Source: an uncultured Candidatus Saccharibacteria bacterium
GTDB lineage: Bacteria > Patescibacteriota > Saccharimonadia > Saccharimonadales > Saccharimonadaceae
Direction: 5' to 3'
DNA length: 64,000 nucleotides
Assembly: GCA_963519005.1 (NCBI GenBank)
Contig: CAUQKK010000003.1
Location: 42,628 to 106,627, forward strand
Position numbers and translations under genes: made by a program. The first letter of the stretch is position 1. The number at the start of each line of letters is the position of its first letter. Below the pieces are notes generated by a model that worked only from the letters and a program-made list of their open reading frames with translations, did no database searches and was not told the origin of the DNA. Positions 18,450 to 28,109 of this stretch are shown piece by piece.

Positions 18450-21290
18450 GAGACAGCATGCAAAGTCTAGCGAAGTACAGGGGTGTGGGGGCGTTGTACT
18501 TTTTGCTTTTTCATTTTTGTATTTATCTTGGCACTACTCCATGCACACAGCTATTTATATTATTAGGTGCACACCCATGCTTCTCTTTCCACACGCTCAC
18601 CCATCCTGCCATAAGCCAGCTAGCAGTACAGTATAGTCATACACTTCACCCACATTTTCAAAAACGATAATTATAGTATAGTGCCACAATTCGCTTGCTT
18701 CGCCCTATCGCTATACATACTATATGATGTTTATGTACTATTATATATAAGTACACGAGAGCGCCTTTTGAGCTCTATCACATTTAGAAAACATTATTTA
18801 TCATACGTCAAAATGTGAAAAAATGAGCCACCCTTACTTGTCGTGTATATATTACTTTGTCTTTCGCTTTTTTAGCTTTTTTGATGCTGCGCTGTATCTG
18901 CAAAAATTATAGAGTCAGTTCTCGCTTGTGCTTATTTCGCTACTGCTTCTGCCGTAAGCGAAGTATCGCTCCGCTACTTTCTCGTGCATTTTTGCCAGAG
19001 TCACCTATGGCTCTCCATGGCTCTATCGTTCTCATCTCATTTTTGCACATTGCTTGCATAGAGCCAGCTGCCCTACCTTCATACATCGCACATTTGCACC
19101 AATACTTTACCGTTTGTTTTCACACCATGAAGTACTATATATTGCAAAATGTGAAAATTTTGAAAGCTCCATTTGTGCCATCCACGACGCATCATTATTT
19201 TTTATACAAGTCATACATCGCACCCCATTAGATCGTGTATATGTAATAACCATGACCGCTATGTACTGCTTGCGTTTATCGTACATTTACTCATACTCAA
19301 TATACAATTAGCCACCTACGCTCAAAAATACGAAAATATCACCATACTAACCCACTCACTGGATCATATACATCAAGCTCCATCCATTTTTTAACTTCGC
19401 CCCATCCCATCAAGCTAGCTCTATACAACTTATGCTTTACTATATCGGTTATGTCTATATCACCATTAACTATCCTTTCCTTGCATTATGCAACCAATCA
19501 TGAAAATTTGTGGCTTTATCATACTGGCGTGGCACAGACGCAAATCTAGCTATCACTATTACCTCACAAAGCACCATCTAGGCCACGAAGTTACTCGCAC
19601 TTACCGCATATTTTGGCTCACCAATGCCTCCTATTTCTAACCCCCCACCACACCCATCTGCTTGATTATGCAAATTTTGCTACCAAGCCTATCGTTGAAT
19701 ATTCTCCTACTATTTTCACACGCTCATTTCACTTCAACCACATACCATCATGTCTCGTGATGCAGAAAATTTTTGTCACGTATTCCGTCGTTGCATCACG
19801 TCATGGCAAAAAATACCATTTTTGTTTACAAACCAATCAACCACCACACTACATAGTTCGCATGTCATGTGCCCCTCACCAAAATCATCACATTTTTTGG
19901 CGCGCACGAACCATCATCGCTTCTTAGTGCTATATTTTTGCACCAATTTGTCGGACTGAGTTTCATCATTCTCAAATTTTCATTATGAACATCTTCACAT
20001 CATATTCATAAACTTTAGCGAGACAACCCTTTACGTAATTTGCTTCTTACATCACATTCAAGCATCTTATGTTCTCATACGCCACACAGATTTTAGTCAA
20101 AACATGGCAGCTATTTACTCAAGCGAACTCACTCCCTACTTTATCTCACAACCTCACATTCATTTTTGCAGATTTCCCTAATCAAAAATGTAAAAATTTT
20201 GCACTGCTACAGTACGCATTTCATTTTTCATCACACATACTGTACGTCGTCTCTATCTCTCTATCTAGCTGTGCCAATTTTTGCATACTCATTCACAAAT
20301 TTGCACGCAAATGTACATATCACTATGATACTAATTTTATATTTACTACCAAACAATCCATTCTTGCATCATTCATCACTCGTATAGTAGCAAAAAATAT
20401 TTTGCACGCGCATTATGCTGCAAAGTTGCAAACGTTTTTGCTAGACATCGCTAATTTTTATTAATAGCAAATAGTCCATCAGCGTTTTTTATTACAGCGT
20501 TGCAATGCGTCATTATTTTTTGTCACGTATGTAGTATCCGCTTGCTACTCTAGTCGTTGAAAAATCATTTTTTTGCAATAGCACACTTCTATCACTCTTT
20601 CTGTATGCGAAAATATCGCAGCATATACATCGCACACCAATTAGAACGGACAAAAATAATATTCTACTACAGAATAATTATTAATAATGTAGTGCTCACT
20701 CATATTTTTGCAAATCATTTTGCAAAAGTGTCTCAGCTACTGCAAAAACTGCTTGTCGCTCTGCATTATACTTTGCCGTTTTCTCATTTTTTACTTTTTA
20801 TATTTCAATTCATACTGCACTCGTCACTCATCTACTTCGTGCCCACTCAAATTTTCATCAATATAGCGGCAATAAATATCATGAACGAATTCTTGCATTA
20901 TTCATGCTCTCTTACTGTCTCCTTGCTTGTGTTATGTGTGGCATCATATACAAAAAAGATATATTCGATGAAGTAATCGACTCACTTTGCACACAAAATA
21001 CTCATCACCATGCCCTATGTATAGTACATGAGCGCATCTATACCCGCTTAATTTACCATTTACTACTCTGAATATATTCTTATTATATTCAGACATTCCC
21101 TCGCTTGTTTTCGAGCAATTTATAATACATAAAGAAAATCCATATAGCACACAAATACCCGTATGACATAAATGCTACGTCATTTTCTTACCACAACGCG
21201 CACATTACACCAACCAATACACGCGATCCTTAAAAATTCAATGGCATAGCACGCGCGCTTGTTTGTTCAATCACCATAAATTTTTTGCAC
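18450..21290. other. Long AT-rich tract without credible ORF (tract 2)
   Basis: About 2.85 kb with only F/H/I/Y-rich spurious + strand ORFs; dense TGCA-(A/T)n-TGCA palindromes. Confidence 0.75.
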
Positions 21291-21291
21291 A

Positions 21292-21321
21292 GAAAAACCA
21301 GTGCTCATTACACTGGCTTTC
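21292..21321 (-). terminator. Intrinsic terminator
   Basis: GAAAAACCAGTG..CACTGGCTTTC downstream of 21341-22081. Confidence 0.65.
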
Positions 21322-21340
21322 TCTCGTCTATAACTAGCCT

Positions 21341-22081
21341 TTATGCAGCGAGTGAGAAGTCTCCTTGAACCAAACCAAGCTCATCACTATACTCAAGCCG
21401 TTGCGACTCTGTAGTCGGAACCAGCACAATACCACTTGCAGTGCTGAGCTCGCCATCAATCACATCACCTTGGTCTGTGATCATCTGCGGGCCTTCGCCT
21501 GGCTCACCCTGAATAATGCCATACACAACAGGGGCACTATCAATCATCTCTTGATCTGGGCGCTTTCCAACATAGAATCCAATCAATGAGCCGATTACCC
21601 CTTCTTCCGCTCCACCATCTTCGCCTAAAGAAATCGCCGCTTCTTGGTGGGATAGCGACGACTCAATTGCGGAATACAGCGATGATACATCGCCTTGAGT
21701 GTCCTTAGGGCTCTTAAAGTCGTCAACAATTAGCACGACATATGGGACATCATTGACCTCAATAATATCACCAATTGCCAAGCCAAGCTTATCGCGCAGC
21801 TCGGATAATTTATTATGAATGGTATCAATGTGCTGATCTGTCATCTCAGCCATCGACAGTGCAAATAGCGGCCCAAGCTCGCGCTGCAGCCAGCCTCGAA
21901 CCTCTTGAGCAGATGGCAGCTCAAGAGCATTTGGCTTGCCATATCGATCATTAAACTTTTTGTCTGTCGGCCCATCTCCATCATTTGCTGTGTCGTATTT
22001 CGAATATTTTGCCTCGCCCACTGGCGGCTTGTCGCTTTTAGCAAACGACTTTTCTCTTGTGTTATTGGTATACTCACTCAT
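21341..22081 (-). CDS. Acidic hypothetical protein ending DFSLAA
   Basis: 246-aa ORF with GGAG SD, TGCTATAAT promoter at ~22202-22210 and a downstream terminator. Confidence 0.8.
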   Translation of the reverse strand: MSEYTNNTREKSFAKSDKPPVGEAKYSKYDTANDGDGPTDKKFNDRYGKPNALELPSAQEVRGWLQRELGPLFALSMAEMTDQHIDTIHNKLSELRDKLGLAIGDIIEVNDVPYVVLIVDDFKSPKDTQGDVSSLYSAIESSLSHQEAAISLGEDGGAEEGVIGSLIGFYVGKRPDQEMIDSAPVVYGIIQGEPGEGPQMITDQGDVIDGELSTASGIVLVPTTESQRLEYSDELGLVQGDFSLAA

Positions 22082-22637
22082 AGTTTTTTATACTCCGCAC
22101 TATGATTTTGGTTAACGGCATTGGCTCCTTTCTGCCGATTCCTCCCTGCTGCGTGCTTTGTGGCGCTGGCAGCGTGGTAGTAAGTAATCGTATCAACTTG
22201 CATTATAGCACAAAACCAGCGCCTGCAAAGCTATTTTTGGCCTTATTTTCGCATTATTTTCCCCATATGTACCCCTGTCGTACCAGTGGTGGCTATTTGG
22301 ACGATAATTATATATTTTTCGCAAGCATTTTGGCTCTAATTACACACTTCTCCGCCTTCACCAGCAGGACATCATCACTCTGCCTGCCTCTATCGCTGTA
22401 TATAGGCAAGGTACAGTAAACCACAAATAGATATAGCTAGACCCAGCTCTTGCATAAGAGGCTCGACAGCTAGTGCTGATAAAATAGCACGCAGAGACGC
22501 ACGCGAGATCTCCTGAGGTTTTAGGTATAGATTCTCCCCCACTCACGCACCTCCTAGGCGCTTGCAACCCTACCAATGTATCATAAGCGCACTGTCTCAT
22601 TATCCGCTCCTCTAGCCGCTCGCCATACAGCCATAGC

Positions 22638-22666
22638 AAAACCGCCCAAGGATATACCTCGGGCGG
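22638..22666 (-). terminator. Terminator after rpsG
   Basis: AAAACCGCCCAAGG..CCTCGGGCGG. Confidence 0.7.
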
Positions 22667-22689
22667 CTGTGTACACTGCGCTGCAGAAC

Positions 22690-23169
22690 TTAGCCGCGAG
22701 CAAAGTGGGCAAAGGCGCGGTTGGCCTCGGCCATTTTGTGGGTGTCTTCCTTTTTCTTGAAGGCGACGCCGGTTTGGTTGCAGGCATCAACGATCTCTGT
22801 TGCCAGGCGCTTGCTATATGGCATACCACTCTTGGATCGGGCAGCCTGCACTAGCCACATAAAGGCAAAGTGCTGCTGGCGATGACCCTGGATGGGGAAT
22901 GGAATCTGGTAGTTGGCACCACCAACACGGCGGCTCTTTACCTCAAAGCTAGGGCTGATGTTCTTGATGCAGGTCTCAAATACTTCCAGTGGATCCTCGC
23001 TCTTGAGGCTGCGGGCAGCTTGCTCGAGCGCACTGTAGACGGCCCGCTCAGCAACTTGCTTTTTGCCGTCTAGCATCGATTTGTTAATCAAGCGCTGCAC
23101 CAGCACCGACTGGTACTTGCGGTCTGGCTTGATGGTGCGCTGGAGTTTTTTCGTGACTTTACGAGGCAT
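22690..23169 (-). CDS. rpsG: 30S ribosomal protein S7
   Basis: MLDGKK, EVKSRRVGGANYQIP, HKMAEANRAFAHF. Confidence 0.98.
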   Translation of the reverse strand: MPRKVTKKLQRTIKPDRKYQSVLVQRLINKSMLDGKKQVAERAVYSALEQAARSLKSEDPLEVFETCIKNISPSFEVKSRRVGGANYQIPFPIQGHRQQHFAFMWLVQAARSKSGMPYSKRLATEIVDACNQTGVAFKKKEDTHKMAEANRAFAHFARG

Positions 23170-23171
23170 GG

Positions 23172-23585
23172 TTAGTTACCCTCCTTCTTGGCACCGTACT
23201 TGCTGCGGCCCTGCTTACGCTTTGATACCCCTTGCAGGTCGAGTGCGCCACGGACGATGTGGTAGCGCACACCCGGGAGATCCGGCACACGGCCACCACG
23301 AACAAGCACCACAGCGTGCTCCTGCAGGTTGTGGCCTTCGCCGCCAATGTATGCCCAGACTTCGTGGCCGTTGGTGAGGCGCACACGAGCCACTTTGCGC
23401 ATCGCGGAGTTTGGCTTCTTGGGGGTTTTGGTTGTTACCTTGACGCAGACGCCACGCTTGAGCGGTGCATTTTGGTCGTAGTAGCGCACCTTGAGTGCGT
23501 TATGGATGCGCCCCAGCGCTGGCGACTTCGACTTCCGGGCCGCCGTCTTGCGTGGCTTGCGCACCAATTGGTTAATGGTTGGCAT
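23172..23585 (-). CDS. rpsL: 30S ribosomal protein S12
   Basis: [43 protein letters not shown]. Confidence 0.98.
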   Translation of the reverse strand: MPTINQLVRKPRKTAARKSKSPALGRIHNALKVRYYDQNAPLKRGVCVKVTTKTPKKPNSAMRKVARVRLTNGHEVWAYIGGEGHNLQEHAVVLVRGGRVPDLPGVRYHIVRGALDLQGVSKRKQGRSKYGAKKEGN

Positions 23586-23795
23586 GCAATTCTCCTTATT
23601 GCTTAATGTTCGGCTTCTATCGCCCACCCCACTGTTGGATTAGTAGTGTGAGCATAGAGTACCTGCCGCTGGGTTATAGTAGCCCAGCATCTGTATGTAC
23701 GATTATGGAGCAGCACCTCCGCCTCGTGTCTGTACCTTCTCCGCCAGGCAGCGCACTCACACCAGCGCCCCACCCCGAAAAGAGGAAACTCGTGG
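23586..23795 (-). promoter_or_regulatory. Long structured 5' leader of rpsL
   Basis: TGCTATAAT at 23798-23806; nested stems TGGTGTGAGTG/TGCTCACACTA, CTGCC/GGCAG, GGAG/CTCC, GCTGGG/CCCAGC. Confidence 0.55.
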
Positions 23796-23898
23796 GTATT
23801 ATAGCATGGCGTTGTGCGTGAAGGCAACTGCGCTGTGCCGCCAAGCTAATAGTGATTGAATAATCTCTGCTATTGCTACCCCATGCTATACTAATCTC

Positions 23899-24705
23899 AT
23901 GCATATTGCCATCCAAGGTCAGGCGGGGTCGTTTCATGAGCAGGCGGCGCAGCAGTGGTTTGGGCCGCAGGTCGATACCGTGCCGTGCACGACGTTTCGC
24001 GATGTTTTCCATGCGTACGCGACTGGCCAAGCCGAAGGTATCGTTGTGGCGGTGGAAAACACACTCTACGGAACAATCAACGAGCCGTACCACCACCTCG
24101 AGGCATGCCTGCTACCCATCATTGGTGAGGTGCGCCTTGCCATTGAGCAGATGCTCATCACATTGCCTGGTGCTCACCTGGCTGATATTACCGAGGTGTA
24201 TTCGCACCCCGTCGCACTTGCGCAGTGCCAGCACTTTCTTGCTGCCGAGTTGCCGCATGCGGTGCAGAATGAATTTTTCGACACAGCGGGAGCGGTTGCC
24301 TCCATCAAAGCAATTGGCGACCCACACAAAGCCGCCATCGCTGGCCAGGCTGCTGCTACCCTCCATCACCTGCCCATCCTGCGCCGTAGCATCCAAGATA
24401 GCCACGATAACATCACCCGCTTCATCGTCCTCGCTCCAGGCCACGCACCAGCCTGCGCCAACCGCGCCACGCTCGTCATCACGACCAATCATCAGCCTGG
24501 TGCACTGCTCGAGGTATTGCACGTCTTCGCCGCGGCAGGCATCAATATCAGCAGCCTGCAGTCTCAGCCCATCGTCGGCCAGCCCTGGCAATACAAATTC
24601 TTTCTCGTCGTCGACAGCGCTGGCGCCCCACTCCGGCACGCCCTGCGCACCATCGAGCAAAGTGACCATACTGTACGGCTGCTGGGTGAGTATTGTGCGG
24701 GGTGA
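23899..24705 (+). CDS. pheA: Prephenate dehydratase (PDT + ACT)
   Basis: IQGQAGSFHEQAA, ENTLYG, YSHPVALAQC, NITRF, PGALLEVL..F...GINISSLQSQP. Confidence 0.9.
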   Translation: MHIAIQGQAGSFHEQAAQQWFGPQVDTVPCTTFRDVFHAYATGQAEGIVVAVENTLYGTINEPYHHLEACLLPIIGEVRLAIEQMLITLPGAHLADITEVYSHPVALAQCQHFLAAELPHAVQNEFFDTAGAVASIKAIGDPHKAAIAGQAAATLHHLPILRRSIQDSHDNITRFIVLAPGHAPACANRATLVITTNHQPGALLEVLHVFAAAGINISSLQSQPIVGQPWQYKFFLVVDSAGAPLRHALRTIEQSDHTVRLLGEYCAG

Positions 24706-24730
24706 GTCTGCGTACACACTGTCCGCCGCC

Positions 24731-27067
24731 CTATCCCAGTTCATCCATGCCGCCAATCAGCACATCGCGCGGGCGTGAGCCGTCGGCTGGGCCAATGATG
24801 CCTTGCTCTTCCATCTCTTCCATGATACGGGCCGCTCGGGCATAGCCCACACGGAGCTTGCGCTGGAGGAGCGAGGTTGAGGCTTTGCGGGTCTCTACCA
24901 CCACCCGCACGGCATCACGGAACATATCGTCATTGCCTTCGCCACTGCCATCCATATCCATCACTACGCCACCTTTGCCATTGAGCTGGACAGGCTGGCT
25001 GACGATCTCGTCATTATACTGCGGTGCCGACTGCATGCGCAGGTGGTCGGTCACCTTGGCGACTTCTTCGTCCATCACCCAGGCACCTTGGATACGCTTA
25101 GGCTTGGGCATGCTAGCGGTTTTCATCAGCATGTCACCCTGGCCAAGGAGCTTCTCGGCACCAATTTGGTCGAGAATAGTGCGGCTATCTACCTGGCTGG
25201 CCACCGTAAAGGCGATGCGGGCTGGCACATTGGCCTTAATGAGGCCGGTGATCACATCCACGCTTGGCCGCTGCGTCGCCAGCACTAGGTGAATACCAAC
25301 TGCTCGAGCCTTCTGGGCCAAGCGGACGATCAGCGCCTCCACATCGCGCGCTGCTACCATCATCAGGTCGGCTAGCTCGTCTACCACAATGACGACATAC
25401 GGCATGCGGCCTTCGTCTACCTTTTGCATGTGGCCTTGCTCATCGGCCACGGCAATCTGCTTGCCGCGCGTTTTGATCTTTTCGTTATACGTCTTGATGT
25501 CGCGCACCTTCTCCTCAGCCAGCAGGCTATAGCGCCGCTCCATTTCATTGACCGCCCACTTGAGGGCACTGATGGTCTTCTCCGGCTCAACGATAACAGG
25601 GGTCAGGAGGTGCGGAATATCGGCATATGGTGCCATCTCTACCTGCTTGGGGTCGACGAGGATGAGCTTCATTTCGCTGGGGCTGTTGCGGTAGAGCAAG
25701 CTAGTAAGGAGCGTGTTGATCATCACTGACTTACCCGAGCCCGTCTGCCCCGCTACCAAGAGGTGCGGCATTTTGTTAAGCTCACCGACGAAGGGTCTGC
25801 CCGAGATGTCCTTACCAATCGCAAACGCCAGCGGCTCCTTGGCGCGCTGCCACTCGGGGCTATCTAGCACCCCGCGCAGGCGCACATCGGCCGCCTTGCG
25901 GTTGGGCACCTCGATACCCACGGCCTTCTTGCCTGGGATGGGTGCCTCAATGCGAAGGCTGGATGCCGCGAGGTTGAGCGCGATATTCGTCTCCAGCGCA
26001 GTGATGCGGTTGAGCTTCACGCCAACGGGTGGCTTGAGCGTGTATTGCGTCACCTTCGGGCCAATGTTCGCCCCCTCCATCTCGACATTGATATTAAATT
26101 CGTGCAGCGTATCTTGAATGATGTGGGCATTTTGCTCAATGTCGCCGGCATCAGCCGGGCTCTGACGCTTCTCTAGCAGCTCCAGGCTGGGCGGCTGCCA
26201 GTTGGGGTCATTGACGGCAAGCATAGCAGACCGATCTTCGGCTGCTTTATCTACAGAGGTAGACGGTGTGCTGTCGCGCAAGGTCGCCCGTGGTTTTTTG
26301 TCTGGTTTTGACTCAGCCGGGCCATCGCCTGAGAGGGTTGGGACGCCCGCGTTGAGCTTGAAGTCACTCATAGCGGCAGGCTTGTCTTGGGCCTTCTCGT
26401 CCTTATTGCGCTTGGCCTTTTTGCTGGTGTCTGATGTTTGGCTATCAGCGGCGCGGCGGGCCACTGCCACATTGGCGGCATCGTCTACCTCAGCCTCGCT
26501 ACGCACCATGTTTTGCAGGCCACGCCACAGTGCCATGGGCGAGACACGCAAGACAAAGAGTAGCGTCAAGCCGATCAACAATACATACACAAAAACCCCT
26601 ACTGGCCGGTCGACCAGCGCCAGCATGGCACGGTTGAGCACGTCGCCCATCACACCGCCTGTCGCAGCCGAACCGCGTCGCAGCAAGCCAAATAGCCCCG
26701 CAAACCACAGCACCATCAGCACTGCCGCAAGTTTCAGCGCCACTGGCAGGCGGTTGTCCTCCGCCCGAAAGATCGCCACCGCCACATACACCGCCACTAC
26801 TGGGACGACATACACTGCATAGCCAATAATATGCAGCATCGTCGCATCAAGCCACTTGAGAATTGGCCCACCCGAGCCAAACCACGACACCACCAGTAGC
26901 ACCGAAAACGCCAGCAACAGCACCGCCGACACCTGCGCCCAAAACCCCGCCGGCAACGTATGCTGTGGGGCTGCTTGCTTGGCTTTGCTCTTGCTCGGGC
27001 TGCGCCGACGAGCAGTGCTTGAGCGAGTAGACGAACGAGTGCGAGTGGTTTTTCTTTTTGTAGCCAT
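24731..27067 (-). CDS. ftsK: DNA translocase FtsK/SpoIIIE
   Basis: Four N-terminal TMs, AGQTGSGKS, VVDELADLM, ATQRPSVDVITG, gamma domain STSLLQRKLRVGYARAAR. Confidence 0.97.
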   Translation of the reverse strand: MATKRKTTRTRSSTRSSTARRRSPSKSKAKQAAPQHTLPAGFWAQVSAVLLLAFSVLLVVSWFGSGGPILKWLDATMLHIIGYAVYVVPVVAVYVAVAIFRAEDNRLPVALKLAAVLMVLWFAGLFGLLRRGSAATGGVMGDVLNRAMLALVDRPVGVFVYVLLIGLTLLFVLRVSPMALWRGLQNMVRSEAEVDDAANVAVARRAADSQTSDTSKKAKRNKDEKAQDKPAAMSDFKLNAGVPTLSGDGPAESKPDKKPRATLRDSTPSTSVDKAAEDRSAMLAVNDPNWQPPSLELLEKRQSPADAGDIEQNAHIIQDTLHEFNINVEMEGANIGPKVTQYTLKPPVGVKLNRITALETNIALNLAASSLRIEAPIPGKKAVGIEVPNRKAADVRLRGVLDSPEWQRAKEPLAFAIGKDISGRPFVGELNKMPHLLVAGQTGSGKSVMINTLLTSLLYRNSPSEMKLILVDPKQVEMAPYADIPHLLTPVIVEPEKTISALKWAVNEMERRYSLLAEEKVRDIKTYNEKIKTRGKQIAVADEQGHMQKVDEGRMPYVVIVVDELADLMMVAARDVEALIVRLAQKARAVGIHLVLATQRPSVDVITGLIKANVPARIAFTVASQVDSRTILDQIGAEKLLGQGDMLMKTASMPKPKRIQGAWVMDEEVAKVTDHLRMQSAPQYNDEIVSQPVQLNGKGGVVMDMDGSGEGNDDMFRDAVRVVVETRKASTSLLQRKLRVGYARAARIMEEMEEQGIIGPADGSRPRDVLIGGMDELG

Positions 27068-27169
27068 ATCCTTTTTATTGTACTCTGTTTATGCTTGGTT
27101 TGATAGCGTATATTGTAGCATAATTTACTACATTAGGCAATCGGTGTGGGATATGCCATACTGGATAGT

Positions 27170-27778
27170 ATGACAATGCAACCATCTTACCCAATCATTA
27201 CCCCATTTGAGGCTACACCCACAGCCATCGATGGGCTCTATATTATCACCATGAAACAAGTGACCGACGAGCGCGGCACAGTGCGCGAACTGTTCCGCCA
27301 ATCGGCCATGGATAGCACACCACTGCCGCAGTTCGGCCCCTGGAAACAGATCAATGCCACGCAAACAAACCGTGGCTCCATCCGTGGCCTGCATGCCGAA
27401 GCGATGAACAAACTTGTCGCAGTAGTGGCAGGCGAAGCCTTTGGTGTCTATGTGGATGCACGGATCGATTCACCCACCGTTGGCGCAGTTGTTACTGTTC
27501 CATTGACAAAAGGCGTGCAGGTGTTTGTTCCACAAGGAGTTTGCAACGGTTTTCAATCGACAAGCGAGCAACCCTCCCAGTACCTCTACTGCTTCGATGA
27601 AGAGTGGCAGCCTGGCATGCCCGGTATATCACTCACACCACTCGACCCAGAGCTTGGCATCGACTGGCCCATCCCGATTGACACATCCACCTATGACCAA
27701 GTCTCCAAAAAAGACGGCAATGCGCCTACTTTGCGTTCTGTTATTGGTGATGATGCCATGACGCAGCGCACTCACTAG
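27170..27778 (+). CDS. rfbC: dTDP-4-dehydrorhamnose 3,5-epimerase family protein
   Basis: DERG, IRGLH, VDARIDSPT, DPELGIDWP, SKKD. Confidence 0.88.
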   Translation: MTMQPSYPIITPFEATPTAIDGLYIITMKQVTDERGTVRELFRQSAMDSTPLPQFGPWKQINATQTNRGSIRGLHAEAMNKLVAVVAGEAFGVYVDARIDSPTVGAVVTVPLTKGVQVFVPQGVCNGFQSTSEQPSQYLYCFDEEWQPGMPGISLTPLDPELGIDWPIPIDTSTYDQVSKKDGNAPTLRSVIGDDAMTQRTH

Positions 27779-27875
27779 TATTCGAAGCCTATTCACTATC
27801 ACGCGGATCATTGCTATATGATACCCCTCTCGCCATTTTGTCCATTCTATGTCACAATAGAAGCAAGGAGGTCGT

Positions 27876-28037
27876 ATGCAGCAGATGGTATGGAATATAG
27901 TAACGATGATTGCACCCTTTGCGGTGATTGCCTTTGTGCTGGTAGTGCTCGCCGAATATTTGCGCGCGCAGCAGCGCATCAAACGCCTGGAGGAGATGGT
28001 ACACGAGCTGCAGCAGCGAATTAAGTCAGACACGTAA
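27876..28037 (+). CDS. Small single-TM coiled-coil protein (53 aa)
   Basis: Below the ORF-track cutoff. AAGGAGG SD, then MQQMVWNIVTMIAPFAVIAFVLVVLAEYLRAQQRIKRLEEMVHELQQRIKSDT*, then a terminator. Confidence 0.7.
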   Translation: MQQMVWNIVTMIAPFAVIAFVLVVLAEYLRAQQRIKRLEEMVHELQQRIKSDT

Positions 28038-28050
28038 CCCACAGTTTGCA

Positions 28051-28088
28051 AGCAAAAAAGCCAGCTGTATAGCGCTGGCTTTTTTGCT
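28051..28088. terminator. Bidirectional terminator
   Basis: AGCAAAAAAGCCAGC..GCTGGCTTTTTTGCT between convergent genes. Confidence 0.8.
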
Positions 28089-28109
28089 TTTGTGACGCTA
28101 AGTCATTGC

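Noticed and set aside
15205..21150. ORF-track ORFs of 60-140 aa in the two tracts, or genes hidden by a recoded stop
   Set aside because: They overlap in several frames, have skew-driven F/H/I/Y/C composition and lack SD or motifs. Conserved genes (ychF, pheA, pilM) end at TGA, so code 25 does not apply.
14972..21290. oriC or dif within the long AT-rich tracts
   Set aside because: No TTATCCACA cluster (isolated boxes only at 1321 and 48674, inside genes), no convincing XerC/D site, and gene strand does not switch.
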